Shown here: one piece after another, positions 1 through 13,300 of the stretch
How positions within the stretch are numbered: position 1 is the first letter of the stretch
How the letters are laid out: every line of letters begins with the position of its first letter
Source of the DNA: Acanthaster planci
Lineage: Eukaryota
DNA: 64,000 nt
Direction: 5' to 3'
Assembly (NCBI RefSeq): GCF_001949145.1
Contig: NW_019091359.1
Coordinates: 3,512,431 to 3,576,430, forward strand
Made by a program: the position numbers and the translations under genes
The notes under the pieces: generated by a model
Seen by the model: the letters and a program-made list of their open reading frames with translations, nothing else
Told to the model about the DNA's origin: nothing
Databases searched by the model: none

Positions 1-228
1 GGCAATGATACCATGGGTACCAGTGGCAGCCATGCCAGCAGCAACATCAGCCCCTCTTCTCCAGACAAAAAGTTGCTTTCACCAACTCACTCCAAGAAGG
101 CTTCTCCAAAACAGATGACTGATTTCCATGGTAGACTTGCAGCTGTCGAAAATCCTCAGTTACCATGGGAGACTAAACCCCCTATTCGCACTTACTCCTC
201 CAGAAAGAGCCTTTCATCCATACTGTAA
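1..228 (+). CDS. C-terminal part of the last coding exon of an unidentified gene (5'-truncated by the window); Ser/Pro/Lys-rich, probably disordered tail
   Basis: Frame is open from base 1 (GGC AAT GAT ACC ATG...) to TAA at 226-228, ending ...PPIRTYSSRKSLSSIL*. It is followed by ~4.2 kb of T/G-rich UTR-like sequence with AATAAA at 4460. No recognisable domain. Confidence 0.55.
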   Translation, partial: GNDTMGTSGSHASSNISPSSPDKKLLSPTHSKKASPKQMTDFHGRLAAVENPQLPWETKPPIRTYSSRKSLSSIL

Positions 229-3200
229 TACTGATTCTAAAAACTCAAACAGGTTGTTTTACTGACAGTCCTCACTTGTTGATTAAGAACCAATGTAACA
301 AAGGATTAGTCCATCTGAAGTGTTTGATTTTTAGCAGGATGAAATTTTTAGCTGTTGAGAATTGAGCCCAAACTGAAGTCCTACTTAACAGCAATATTTG
401 TAATTTGAAAATTTTGAATTTGTTTTTGTATATTGATATGTATCAAAACATCCAGATCCAACTGATTATTTGCCAAGCCAACTCAAATAGGATTGATGTC
501 TAAAACAGAAAGAAATGCAATGCAGAAACAGAGACATCTCTAGTGAATATGCATTAGTTAAACATGTTTCAAGTTTAAGGAAAAATGTTTTGGAACTGTC
601 CAAATGGTGAAAATTACCATCTCCAAAACAGCCATTTAAAAATATTCAAAAGCTGGTGAGCCTTGACAGACTGCAAAACTTATCAGTACTGTTACCACAA
701 GGAATATTCTTTGCAATCTCAAGTCTTGTGCAGTCATTGGTTAGTTTTCTTATGTCATCAAAGAACATGCAAGACTACAGAGAAGCTTGAAACTGTGGAA
801 GCGTTTGCCGCAGGTTTATGAGGGAAGGAAAGAAATACTTCTCCTGTAACGATCAAAGTGACATCGTTTGTTTACAATCAGAGATTATTGACAAAAACTG
901 AATATAGAGATACATGTATGTGCTTCATATGTAGATGAATATCTTGTTACATTTGGTGCATTTTACTTAACATCTGCTGCCCTTGTATCACTTTTTAAAC
1001 AGATTTTAATTTTTGGCAAAAGTACACAGGTTTTGATTCTTGTGTTCAAAGTAGGCCCTGTCTATCAAACAGTGAAGTGTCTGCATATTGTTTGTAAATA
1101 AGAACGTATTTGTATTTTTCCACTTTCAGAGAGACATTCTGCTTATTTATATTTTTTTCAAAGGAGATTTTTTTATTTTGTTTGATATATATCATACTTC
1201 TGTAATCATTGTTTAAAAAACTTTAATTATGCAAATGATGATGCTCTACTTTATTTCAAAATGGAGTGATTTGATACCATATTGCCAGGATTTGTACCCT
1301 AGAGTGTCAGAATTTCTTGTAGTTTTTCTGTGTGGAAGTACCAGAAACAAATTGAAGAGCAAAGTGCCTACATGTTAAACCAAAATTGTAGTTTAGCCAT
1401 GAATTGGTTTTGCTAACTTGCTAGAATTCTGTTAATGTTTGTTGTGAAGGGATACCTTCACATTTATAGAGATTTCCATTGTTGCTATACATTGATTGCA
1501 CGGAGTCAGTCAGTCTGTGATATTTAAGAAAATTCTTAAATAGCATTAGAAAGTTGGGCCAGGAAAGTTGGGTATTACTAAAAGAAAAACCTTTGAAGTG
1601 TTCAAATTCATGTTGACTTGGCTATTTTCCAGCTACTACATTTTACTGAAATCAATTCTTGTTTTGAAGAAGTTCAAAAGTAGAACTTGTACATGTAGAA
1701 ATAGAGATGTGTGGGTTAAAGTGATCACACTCACCGGTAGTTCTGAATGTGTCACGAACTCCTGATGTACATGTGTACCCATTTCTTTTTCCTATTTTGT
1801 GTTAACTTGTTTATGACGTTATTAAAGATAGAAATAATTCCTTTAATTTATGCTGTGTCACATTATCATGCTGTGGTCATACATACATTGCTGTGCATAT
1901 AGTTGACTTTGTTAATAGAGACTAGTGTTGGTGGTCGAGCCTTGTCGGAGAACCAAGTTCTTTATGTACGTGTATATTGTATTATATATATTGTATATTG
2001 AACTTATTAGAAGGGAAAAAACATTTGACAATAAGGTAAAATTACAAAGTAAAATGATGACTTCAGACCATCAACGTTTGATAACAGCTTTTTGGAATAC
2101 TTTCCCCTTAAAACCTAATTTTCCAAAAACTGGGAGTGTTTGCAGTCTTACATTTATAATTACACGTATTGTAATCTTACCTTTGTGTATTTACTGTCAA
2201 ATGGGTTTTGTTTTCTAGCTCTGTTCCCTCCTTACCAGTTGAATGCTTGGCAGTGAACTTGGTACTCCAAAAGTACTAGACTTCAGCACTGTTATTAGAG
2301 ACCCTTGCAGACTAAAATAAACTGTTTGCTATATCTATCAGACTCTGTACTAAGCAGGGTACCAGTCCCATTTATTTACACATAAATGCACAGTCAGGAG
2401 CTTAGCCTCATGGTGACTGTCAAGGGCATTTGTGTTGACCAGAGTTTGTATCAGTGAATTTACCTGTGTATGATTTCACTTGAGAAAGACACATTCTTTG
2501 TGCCCTTAAGTCTGCAACCAGATCCTAAAAACTGTTAGAATTGCACTTACTAGTTCAGTTCATTATCATATCAGGTGTAGGTGCCATGAGGGTAAACTTG
2601 CTTTTTTTTTAAAAAGTGACTTACATGTGTCCACATTTTTCTTGTTGAATAAGGGGAGATATGGAGAGTTTTCTCTCATGGGATGATATTGGAAGATCAG
2701 TAATAGGAGATGGGGGGGGGGAGCATCAGGCATGTTTGTTTACTGTGCTCCTGTGTCTTCTAATTATAATTTGCTGAATATGTCAATCTGGGCATCTTCA
2801 TAAAGCTGCTAGATCAAGAGATGCATTTTAGCAAATTTATTCAGTTTGAAATCAACTGACTACCACAAAGTCGGAGTAGATATTTATATTTTGCTTGGTA
2901 ACCCTTGTCTGCACCGCTAGTCTGTTCAGTGCATAGTTAGGCTCTTACTGGTTGTGTAAAATATGACCTGATGTAACTTGTTTGGCAAGTTTATTTTTGA
3001 GGACTTGTTACCATTTATGTTTTGTCATTAATACGTACTTAGAGGTTATTGTTTGTGTACAGAAGTTCCAAGGTTTTAGGTGACGCATTTTCAAACATGG
3101 TGTTTTGTATAGATGGTGTTTGTATATATTTTATTGATGTTTGTTATCTTCTTGTGTAGTTGGATGTTGGTTTAATGTTGCCAGCTGGTTTTGCAAAAAT

Positions 3201-3330
3201 GTAATTTGTATCTCTTTGATACGTGATTTTTTTAAAGCATAGTTGGGAATCAAAGATGATGTTTTTCCCTCTGCAATCATTCAGCACCTGTAATATTACA
3301 TACCAGTTATATCTATCTGGGAGTTTTAAA

Positions 3331-3566
3331 CTTTAACCCCAGTGGTTAGTCAACATGAAAAGTGTCTTGAATTCTTGGTGTAAATTACTCCATTTTGTTT
3401 ATTAGAAACTTTTGACATGTTTGCTTAGAGATGAATGGGATAATGTCTGTAACCTTTAACCCCAGCAGTTAGTTAACCTGCAAAATGTCATGAACATTTT
3501 GGTGTAAATTACTTCATTTTGTTCATTTGAAACTTTGACATGTTTGCCTGGAGATCAGTGGGGTAA
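3331..3566. repeat. Diverged two-copy tandem duplication, period 123 bp
   Basis: CTTTAACCCCAG...GGTGTAAATTACT.CATTTTGTT.ATT.GAAACTTT.GACATGTTTGC starts at 3331 and again at 3454. Confidence 0.85.
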
Positions 3567-4459
3567 AACTGTGAAATCTCGAGGTCTGGAATACTCTGAG
3601 TCAAGTTAGCTGTCATGTGTAATTGTATAGTTTTCATAGTCACACTGAAGCAGCTGCATGTCAAGTCAGAAGTTATTTCATAAATGTGATCACAAGTACC
3701 AGGATGTACAGGCTAAGACACATGGATATTTGTGTCACTGTTCACTTCACAGACTGCATAACTGAAATGGGAAACTTGACTAGAAATCTTATGTGTTGTT
3801 AAAGACATTCTGGGCCACTTTAATCATTCCTGAGCACTGGTACAGTTTGGCAATAGTCTTCCTTACCTTGAACTATACATGGCTTTTATCCTTTGTGAAG
3901 GCTGCTTGGTAGTCCCTTGTGTAACAAACATTAATTACAAATTCATTTCATTGTATCCTTAGAGATGACAGAACCTTACATTCCGAGCTATGTCATTAAA
4001 AATTGATGTAGAAATCAGATCCAAGCAGAAATTGCTGTGGTGTGGATTCGTGTTGGAGACTTCAGAGAAATGTTAATTCAGATGGCCCTGAATTCCCATA
4101 TTGCCAGCTGTCCCATTGATACAACTACTGTCATTTGTTAAAATCTTTGAACCTAAAATAAATAATAAATCTTGTAAAATCATTATCAGCCAAAGTTATC
4201 AAATTATGTTATAATATTTGTATTCAGGAGATTTGGTTTTTATATGAAAGCGTCTTCTACTGTAAATGCAAATGTTAGTGCAACAGTGCCATTTGCTGTG
4301 CTTAAAGGCATTTGTGATATTTCATGTTCCTTCTATTGTAAAATCTTATGAAAACCTGTCATTGTGTTTATTTAAAACCCGACATAAGTTCATGTCCAAC
4401 ATGTATATATAGTACATGCAGTTTCCATGTTTCATAACTTGTAAGTTCTTGAAGTTTGC

Positions 4460-4465
4460 AATAAA
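4460..4465 (+). terminator. Candidate polyadenylation signal of the upstream gene
   Basis: AATAAA followed by T-rich sequence, where strand composition switches from T/G-rich to A/C-rich. Confidence 0.45.
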
Positions 4466-4586
4466 CTTTTTAAAGTTCAGTTTTTCATAAATTTGTAGTT
4501 CCATTATTTCTTAAAGTCTTTGAAAGGCCCCACAACAAACAAAAAGTACAAGATCAGTTAAAATAATTGTTTTTAATTGCTTGGAT

Positions 4587-4592
4587 TTTATT
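4587..4592 (-). terminator. Candidate distal polyadenylation signal of IPO9
   Basis: TTTATT on + (AATAAA on -) at the end of ~2.7 kb of UTR-like sequence downstream of the IPO9 stop. Confidence 0.4.
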
Positions 4593-7314
4593 ACTTGATG
4601 GTCAGTCGGTGCCACATCCCGACACATCTATAGCATTATGAAGATGATTGCTTATCCATTGTTTTATGCAGATTTCTGAGTTCAGTCGACCAGTAATTGC
4701 AGTAAACATTTATGAAGTACAAATAATCACATTCAGGGTTATCAGTTTGCATTTTGTACATGTACAAAAAGGTGTCAATACACACGCTATTCACATTTTA
4801 GAGGCACATGTACACTTCATGAAGCTGGCATTGAATAGTGACAAAAGGTTTTTGTGATGAAACAATGTGTGAAGCTACATAATATGGGAGTTTACACAAG
4901 GGAAATCTTGGCACATCAAAATACATGTAAATGAAGGAAAGGTCAGCAGAAAAGTACACTGTAGCTGCTGTCCATGGAAAATATTGACTGTTTATAAAGA
5001 CCCTGTTATTCAATCAGAGTGCAACCAGCTTGCTAAAGTCAAGTTCCCTAAGGAGTTCTTTTTCTAAAAACAAGAAAGTTCTTCTAAATGTAGTCATTCA
5101 ATGCATTTATTTAGAATCGTAAGGCTTCAGTAACTTTTTGAGTCACTTGGAATTGTATTAGAGCAACTGTTTAAGGCCAGACATGAAAATCAGTTTATTT
5201 ACAACCCTTTAAGGGAACTTTATGGATATTTTTACATTCCAGAATTTAACAGTCTCACCCAGACCAATGTAATGAGGTTGGTATGAAACCCACAGGAAAT
5301 TGTTGCTTAGCAACTGGAGGTTACCAACCAACATGCAATATGATGTACACTGTGTGTAGCTGGTTCCTAGCTGATTTAGACATAGAAAGGAAATGTGTGT
5401 CTGTATACCCTCTTGTGGCATTTCTGCCAGAACCTGATGAAGATGAATCCAGTCAGTATTACCGACATTCTTGAAGAATATTTTACTTAAAAACCCAGAA
5501 ATCCTGTATACACATGCTCAAGAGATAATTCCCATATCAGCTTTTTCCAGTATTAAGCAAAAACAAGCGATGAAAATTTAACAGCACGTTTTTTGAATGG
5601 TATCAAAAATGTCACTATTAATTCGGGAAATCTAGTAGAGGTCTAGTCATTTGTACATATAGAATGCACACACAACACAGCAGCTGCGTTTCTTCAGTAA
5701 TACCGAATAAAAGTGAAGTCTGCCAAAGATACAACGAAAATAACTTTTTGTTACAATTGTAGCTTTGTTAATGAGTATTCCTGGCCTTACAGTGAATGCA
5801 CCTTCATTGTTTTGCCAAAGATATTCACCTTCAATACAAGGACAAGAAAGAGATTTCACCAAAACATCCACATTACAATTTCCGCATCTGAATACAGGCG
5901 TCCACAAAAGTTCATCTTTGAAAAGCTGTTAGTATTTCAAGATTAACAGCAAGTATCAAGCTTTCACTGTATACGTTAGCAGTTTGGCTGCCTTTTTGCA
6001 AGACACTCCTGGAATCCACAAACCGTTCAGACATTCAAAAATAAGAGGATTGATTAAAAAGTTGAACTACTTGTATCAATTAAGGTGTTCCCCATTTTCA
6101 AGAGTTACATTTTCTTTACTTGTACATAGCTGCTGTCAAAAGGATGAGCATTTCACTAAAGAATGATATTCATATCACACGGATACATTATCTGAAATCA
6201 GGAATGATGTCCACCTGAGCACAAACTCTGCCCAACTCATCATCCTACCTAAAACTGAAAACTTTGTAGTGTAACTTTTGGAGGATAGTCTCCAATAATC
6301 TCGAAGAACTTTGTGTTCTTGTTCCTGTAAGTAGTCCTTTTAATACGCTGCTTGTAATGCACACAGCAAACTCTCAAAATTCAGAATTTTGAAAACAGTG
6401 CTGCTATGTGTAAATAATACCTTCAAAACAGATGCCAAATTTGAAGACTGCAATGGAAAAGACACCTTTCAGAACATTACTGTACAATAGAATAAATCCC
6501 TTGACTACGAAGGCAAATTATGTTTCCAATTCCTATTTGGCAAATGTACAAAATTTACAGTGAACCAATGCACTCAAGTTTCGTTGTATGTTTCCCCGTT
6601 TTTTTTCTTTTTTTGGCACCACAGACTATCTCTTTTGATGCCCAAAGCACAGAGAGCAACTTTAAATAAAACTTTAATATTATCATACCAATATAATCAT
6701 ATAATTGTATACTTGGTGAAGCAACAATGCCTTAACATCCAACTGACGTTCTTAGAATATAAATCCATCTTTCTCACCTTCCAGGACTCAACACTGTACA
6801 ATCAAGTCATTCTGTTCAGTTTTGCAAGTGTAAACTGTTATCCAAGAACTAATGTTATCTTCTAAAAAACCGTGGAAGAACATGTGAACAATATGGTAGA
6901 AACAACAGAAACAATAATAAATTTATGAAACCATGGAGATTTTTTAAAACAAACTCACTGCTGAGCTTGTACTGACATTGCCAACAAAGACCCAATGACA
7001 TTTTTCAGTTGCAATGGTCTTTTTGACAAAAAGTCAAGGATGAAAAATAGCTACAGCAAATCTGATCTCAGATCAGTTTTACCACTCTAAAATCAAAAAT
7101 AATGACACTGGCAAACAATGACCTGAACTCCACTCGCAGATTATCTTGTGAGACATTATATTTGTAGCCAAGCAACAAGCGAATAGACTAATTGTGCATG
7201 CCGCTCATCAAGAATCAACCGTTAAGTGTCTGAAGTTAACGCTCGTTTTGAAGACAAACTTCACTTTTTAGTTGCAAGAAAAATATCACTGTTGGTGACA
7301 ACCTCTCATCCGGT

Positions 7315-10300
7315 TCAGACGGTTACACCAATGTTTGATAATAACTGCCTTTCGCTGAAGTTGAGGTGGGGTGTAAAGAAAGAATGGCATGGCTGATGGG
7401 ATAACTGTTGCATAAAATCAGTCAGGTAAGCCTGAAAAACCCAAAACAAGATGGTGAGACTTGACAAGTAAGAATGTTAAAACAATTTTTTGTGAAATGA
7501 ATGAAATTTAGGAACAGAAATGAGTAAAAATTGTTAAGTCTGTTGCAGAGAATTACCTGTAAATCGAGCTGGTAGATAGGATCATTGAGGGCATCAGGAT
7601 CGTCCTCTTCCTCATCAACCTCATCCCCAGCGAGATCATGCAACCCTGGATGCAATCCCACAAAAAACAGGAAAAAATTTTCATCAGTAGAGCACTGGTT
7701 AATAGCCAAAGATGTCATATTAGCAAAAACGCCATTATCAGTGAAATAACAGCACACAAGTCATACACTCTCTGCAATTCTGATTGCTCGGACGATGACA
7801 CAGCTTTCTCAACACAAAACTGTATTTTTGATCAGACTGAAGTCTTATGCCACAACTCTCTGCACAGCTAGAAATGGCATGTTACATTCAGCAGTGTTGC
7901 CCCTTTGGTGGAGACATCTCACATGTGCATACAGGTTCATGCATGCTTGACATGGGACATGCTAAGTACATGCAACTACCCATCCCATCAGCTTCACTCA
8001 TCTTTGCCAGTAAGGGGATACATCTAGTCAAACTGCTATAAATATTAAAAAACCTGAAAAATCCATGTCTTCCTTGTTTTAGGGTGATGGATTGAATCAA
8101 CTGAGAAAAGTCCACAGCATTGACACTAACAAAAGAAACAATTTTTGGTATCTGACCAGGATAAATCAGTCCCGATGAGTAATCAGACAGCTGAGCCAGC
8201 AACCCATGTTCACTCGGTATTCCTTCATCGCCATCTTCTTCTTCATTATACTCATCTTCATCTTCAGCATCCTCCCAGCCATCATCCTGACAATTGGGGG
8301 ACAATGAACAGTGACCCTGTGGAGAATTCTGGTCAAATGATATTTGGGTAATTGCAGAAAGTAGGGGTCCATTTTTTTTGGTGTCCCTGTTACATCAGAA
8401 ATGTGATTTTCTAATTACTGAACACATTTTCTAATTTCCAAGAGTGATGAATTAATAAAAATTACCTGCCAAACAAATAGTAATAGTTGAAATCAATTCT
8501 GGTGATATTTCTATGTTAAATAACAAAGGTCAGATGTAACAGGGACACAAAAATGTCACACCTTTGGACCCCTAATTTCTGGAATGAAGTTAATTTTGTC
8601 ACTTAGCAACCTTTTGAAGCATCTGTTTTTCCTTTGTAATCATAATAGGGAGACGTGCATTACAGTGAACCCTTTGAGGTCCCCGTCTGGAACCTAGAAC
8701 TCACCTCTAGATCTTCCCCACCAGCCGATGCTTGCTGTGACACGTTGTTCTCCATGACATTCAATAACTCACCCAGCAACAACTTGTAAATCTTGACTTG
8801 CAGTGGAATGCTTGTCCATTGTTCTGGAGCTGAGGTCACATTTAACAACATTTAGCCAGATGAAAAAATGGAGACAGATGAAGTGTCCAAGCATAGTGCC
8901 AAATACCAAAGAAGACTGAAAATAATGGACGGTTGGTTCCCCTTAAGGTACAAACATTCTCTAAAGGGTGTTTTGCACAAGGTTGAACATGCCTGGACAC
9001 AAAAGAAAGAATTGAAGTTCACTGTTTGCTCCTTCATGTTTTTTGCAAGTGTGAAAGTGAAAAACCAAACACTGCCTGCTTTGACTGCGTATTTTCTGTC
9101 ACTTCAAGAATGGCTGACACTATCACATAATTAGGCAACAGAACATGCTTAGCTTTGGGCCTGTTTGGTTTACGCAGATCCAGATGGTGATCAGTGATTT
9201 ATCACTGGTTCACTGACACCTTCCCACAGCTAATGGATGGATGGAGTCACTGATTGAGATCCAGATCTGTATGAAACATACAGGTCCACTGTGTACCCAG
9301 TGAAAGAAAATTCCTGACTCTAGGCCATTCAATTTCTGCATGCATTCCAGAAAGGTTATCCAAACTTTCCACCATCCTATCTCTCCTTTGCCTACGAGGG
9401 CGCCGCCTCTAGTCTGAGGAGATACTCATGACAGTGCTTTTTTTTTTTCATCTCAAGTCCATGTGAGGCATGATGTCTCCTACCTTGAGCAGCTTTGGAC
9501 CTGGTTCGAATCCCCTCATCCATATTGAAGATCTGATCTCCCTTGACGATAATACCTTCCAGTCGATGGTCTTGTTTGTTTATCATGTGTTGAAGGAGCT
9601 TACTTAAGGCGGTTATACTAGCAAGTCCAAGAAAATCCAGATGGAAACCATCTTATCTACTGAACTTGGAACTACAGTCAGGGACTTTGATTCTACTGTG
9701 GATTATTTGAAGAATATCCACTTGCTATCTTCACAAATCACTAGTCACTTGACTAATATGTAAATCACAATTCACCTCATTATTCCATACAATCAGTTGC
9801 ATTTTTTTATAACAACTTCATTTATGACTTGAGGATCAAAAAGTTCTAGATTGGATTGCACTGACAGCATGCTCATAGCTAGTCCCTACCTGACTTTGTT
9901 GTCGTAGGCTCCATAGAACATATTTTGCCTTGTTACCCAGTCCGTTAGGACAAACTCCAGGGCTGGTTTGCCTGTGGGCCCAGGCACATTACTGAGAAAC
10001 TCTAGGACGTCTTCCATGCAGCTGTGCATGAGATGAGCAAAGACCATCAGAAGAGACTGGAGGGAAATATCAGACACAGAGAACAAGTTAGGAAAACTCT
10101 TCTCACATCATCTCTGGCTCCGAGACTAATGAATTCATTGAAGAATATTATTCATTATACCAAATGTCTCTCACACAATGGACGTGAGATTGCTATTCAT
10201 GCAAGTGTACAGCATATAGTGTAATGTGACAAATAGAATTAGAAGCCATTACTGCGGTGGTGCCACACTCGTAGATAGGTGGTATGCACCTGTTGCATGC

Positions 10301-13300
10301 CTCTTTGATCAATAAGGTGTCGTGATTTGCGCGTGTCAAGCTGAGAAGAATGTACATGTGAGTGCGGTGCCACCACAATTATGGCATCTAATTAGATCAG
10401 TCTATCCATCCTAAGCAGAGGTGCACCGTAACTGGCAAAAGAAAAACAGATGGTACCAAGTTTCTAACCGAGTTCCTGCACACGTTCAGCATGCATGCCA
10501 AGACCATACATACCAAGTTAAATTTGTTGCACGTATTTGGTGTGCTCCGCGTCAATCAAGCATAAACTTGCGTGTCTATGCGGTCCATGTGTACCAAAGG
10601 TCTGTCAATTTCATTTCAAAACACGCCCTCTGTTGTTCCTTCTCAGAGCAGATAGAACTGTTAAAACTCTGTTCAACAATAGTTTCAGCATGTTTTAATA
10701 AATCACTACGGATGAGTAATTGACCATGTCAACCGCCACTAACCTGGGTGACACTCTGGGTGTCTGCTTGTTGCATCTTACTCAGCACACCTCGTAGGAT
10801 CATATCTGAGTTATTCCCCAGTGCACTGCCTGCTTTGGTGATGAGTATAGCTACAAGACGACCAACGAAGGCTGCTGTGAACTCTGAGGTTGAAGGATTG
10901 AGAAGCCTAGTGACTATATCGATGGCATACTGCAAGCCAGAACGACCTTCTGCATCTTGCCAAGAAGCGACTTGATCATAAGCCACTGCAACGTAGGCAC
11001 GAAGGCATTCTCCCCCACTCTGTTTGATGAAGCACAACAAAGGCAACAATAGTGGCACTGATATAATGTCAGCAACCGTTTCAAATATTTTGCAATATGT
11101 CACTATTTGCTTTGAAGAGAAAAACAAGTTGTCAAAGTTTGAAGGCTTTATGCTTTTACACATATTTGTGTAAAACAAAACAAAGTTTCCACAATAGTGT
11201 ACAGGGTGTCTGTCAAAAACGAAACCCAAACTTCCTAGAAACACTATATCAATGGTTTAGGAGTGACTAGTAATGCATTAGAATTATGAAGTTAGAAGTC
11301 AGCTCAAGCTTAGCCTACAGCACTATTTAACATAGTGAACACTTAAGTTGTTCCAGTGAGCCAGTTTGGTATTTTAAAAAGGCAAGGTTATTCCGGAACA
11401 AAGCATGTTCATGAGTCAGTATAGGGCCGTGCTGATAGGGAAGACCTCGCATGTGTGTCTGAATGACCTCGGACACGCTTCATTTTGGGTGTGTGCCGTT
11501 GGAATACCAAAGTGATTCATTGGTGGAGATTATCCACCTTGAGCAGAAGCACCCCCTCATTGGTTGAAAAAAGCCATGTTGGTGGGGAGTATTCATTTTG
11601 TTGGCAGCAAATCTTGCAATACGACCGTAATGCACGCATTGCATGGTCATTAATGAGCCAGCATAGTTCAGTTCCAACCAAAGGAGCCTCCGTTGCTAAG
11701 GAAACTACGCCCTCTCTTGGTCCAGCTCGAGGCTCATAAACAACTGCTATTGCCTATTTGAGAACTATTACCTGCATTGTTGCATTATCATCTGTCTTCA
11801 AGGTGCAGTGAGCCATAGCTTGGAATGCATTGTTGATGAGTGCATTAGATAGCGGTACAGAGCTATTCCGGATGATAACACACAAAATATCCAAGGCCGT
11901 CTGTCGGAACAGGAAAGATGAACAGGTAAATAAAGAAAATGGTTGTGAATCTCAATGACATAAAATGGACCAAGCTGTCTCATTTAACTATCCAGTGTTG
12001 TAACTGATTCCATAATAAGTCCTTTCAAGAGAGAAGTCGTAAGGAACTGTGAAAACAATGACATGGGAATGTTTCTGTCACAGTTCATATAAACGGCATG
12101 AGATATTTTGGCTTAATTCTGGATGACTTGTGGTGGACTGGCAGGAAGTTGTGTAGGCCACAACTACAACAATGTAACCAATTGATGACCATGATTCCAA
12201 TCTGTTGTTCATCATGACTGAGTTACTTACTGACTGTAGCCCCATGGGGACTTTCTCTGCCGGCGCTACCAGAATGCTGACTAATGTTGGCAGAAGTCTG
12301 GCATGTAATGAATCCTGACAACCATGTCTACGGCAAAGCTCACTGAAAATTTCTTCCACAAGAGGTGTGATGGCAGGATCTGTGCACAAAGACGGAAGCA
12401 GTTATTAAGTTCACATACCTGTGCAAAACCCTTCTTCACAAATCTAATCTTATCCTAAGAATCCAGCCAAAACTTCCCTAATGCCAACATCAAATCACAC
12501 ATGGTTTTCTGATGGAGACAATTAGGTGGAAAAAAGTGGTACAGTATCATTCCCACACTGTAATGTTAAGACTAACAATTTTACAACTTAAATGCCAAAT
12601 TAGATCATCCTTAAACATTCAAATCATACAAATTAAAATAATTATTTTCTTACCTTGACTATATTTTAAAAACAGAGCAATTGTAAGGGGTGCTACCTTG
12701 CTTTCACATTGGACTGTAAAAGTGTCGTCTATCTGTAATACACATACAATAAGACAAGTGTAAACGTAAATCCTTGAATTTTCATCCCAAAAGAAAATGA
12801 CAATGTGAAGAAGGCTCATAAATGTCTTGAAAATATTTCTTAATGTATTTCTTAAAACCCCTTAAAAAAAATATTTTTTTGGAAGAAAAATTCTGTCTGA
12901 AATGTTTACACTTACCGTAAGTACAATGGAAATAGTTTCTAGTACGAGGGATAGGATATCGTTAGTGAACTGTGTGGCTAGCTGGATAAGTCCCTCCATT
13001 ATCTCTGGCAGATAGGGAACAATGATCTGAGTGTTTCCAGAAGTCTTGAGATGGTCAGAGAAGCCATAGATGGCCCTAACAGCTGATATCCTGATGGCTG
13101 GCGGTTGTGTTGCTTCCAAACCCTTGACCGTGAATACTAAAAACCTGGAAAAACAAGAACAAGATGCTTATATAACAAATAACCAGTTCCAACAAAACGT
13201 ACCGCAAATTCCTTCGATAACAGCCGGCATATGTTCCTGTTAATGCCTTGCGAGCAACATAAGTTGCTACACGTAAGTTTCATAGTTTTCAATCCATACT

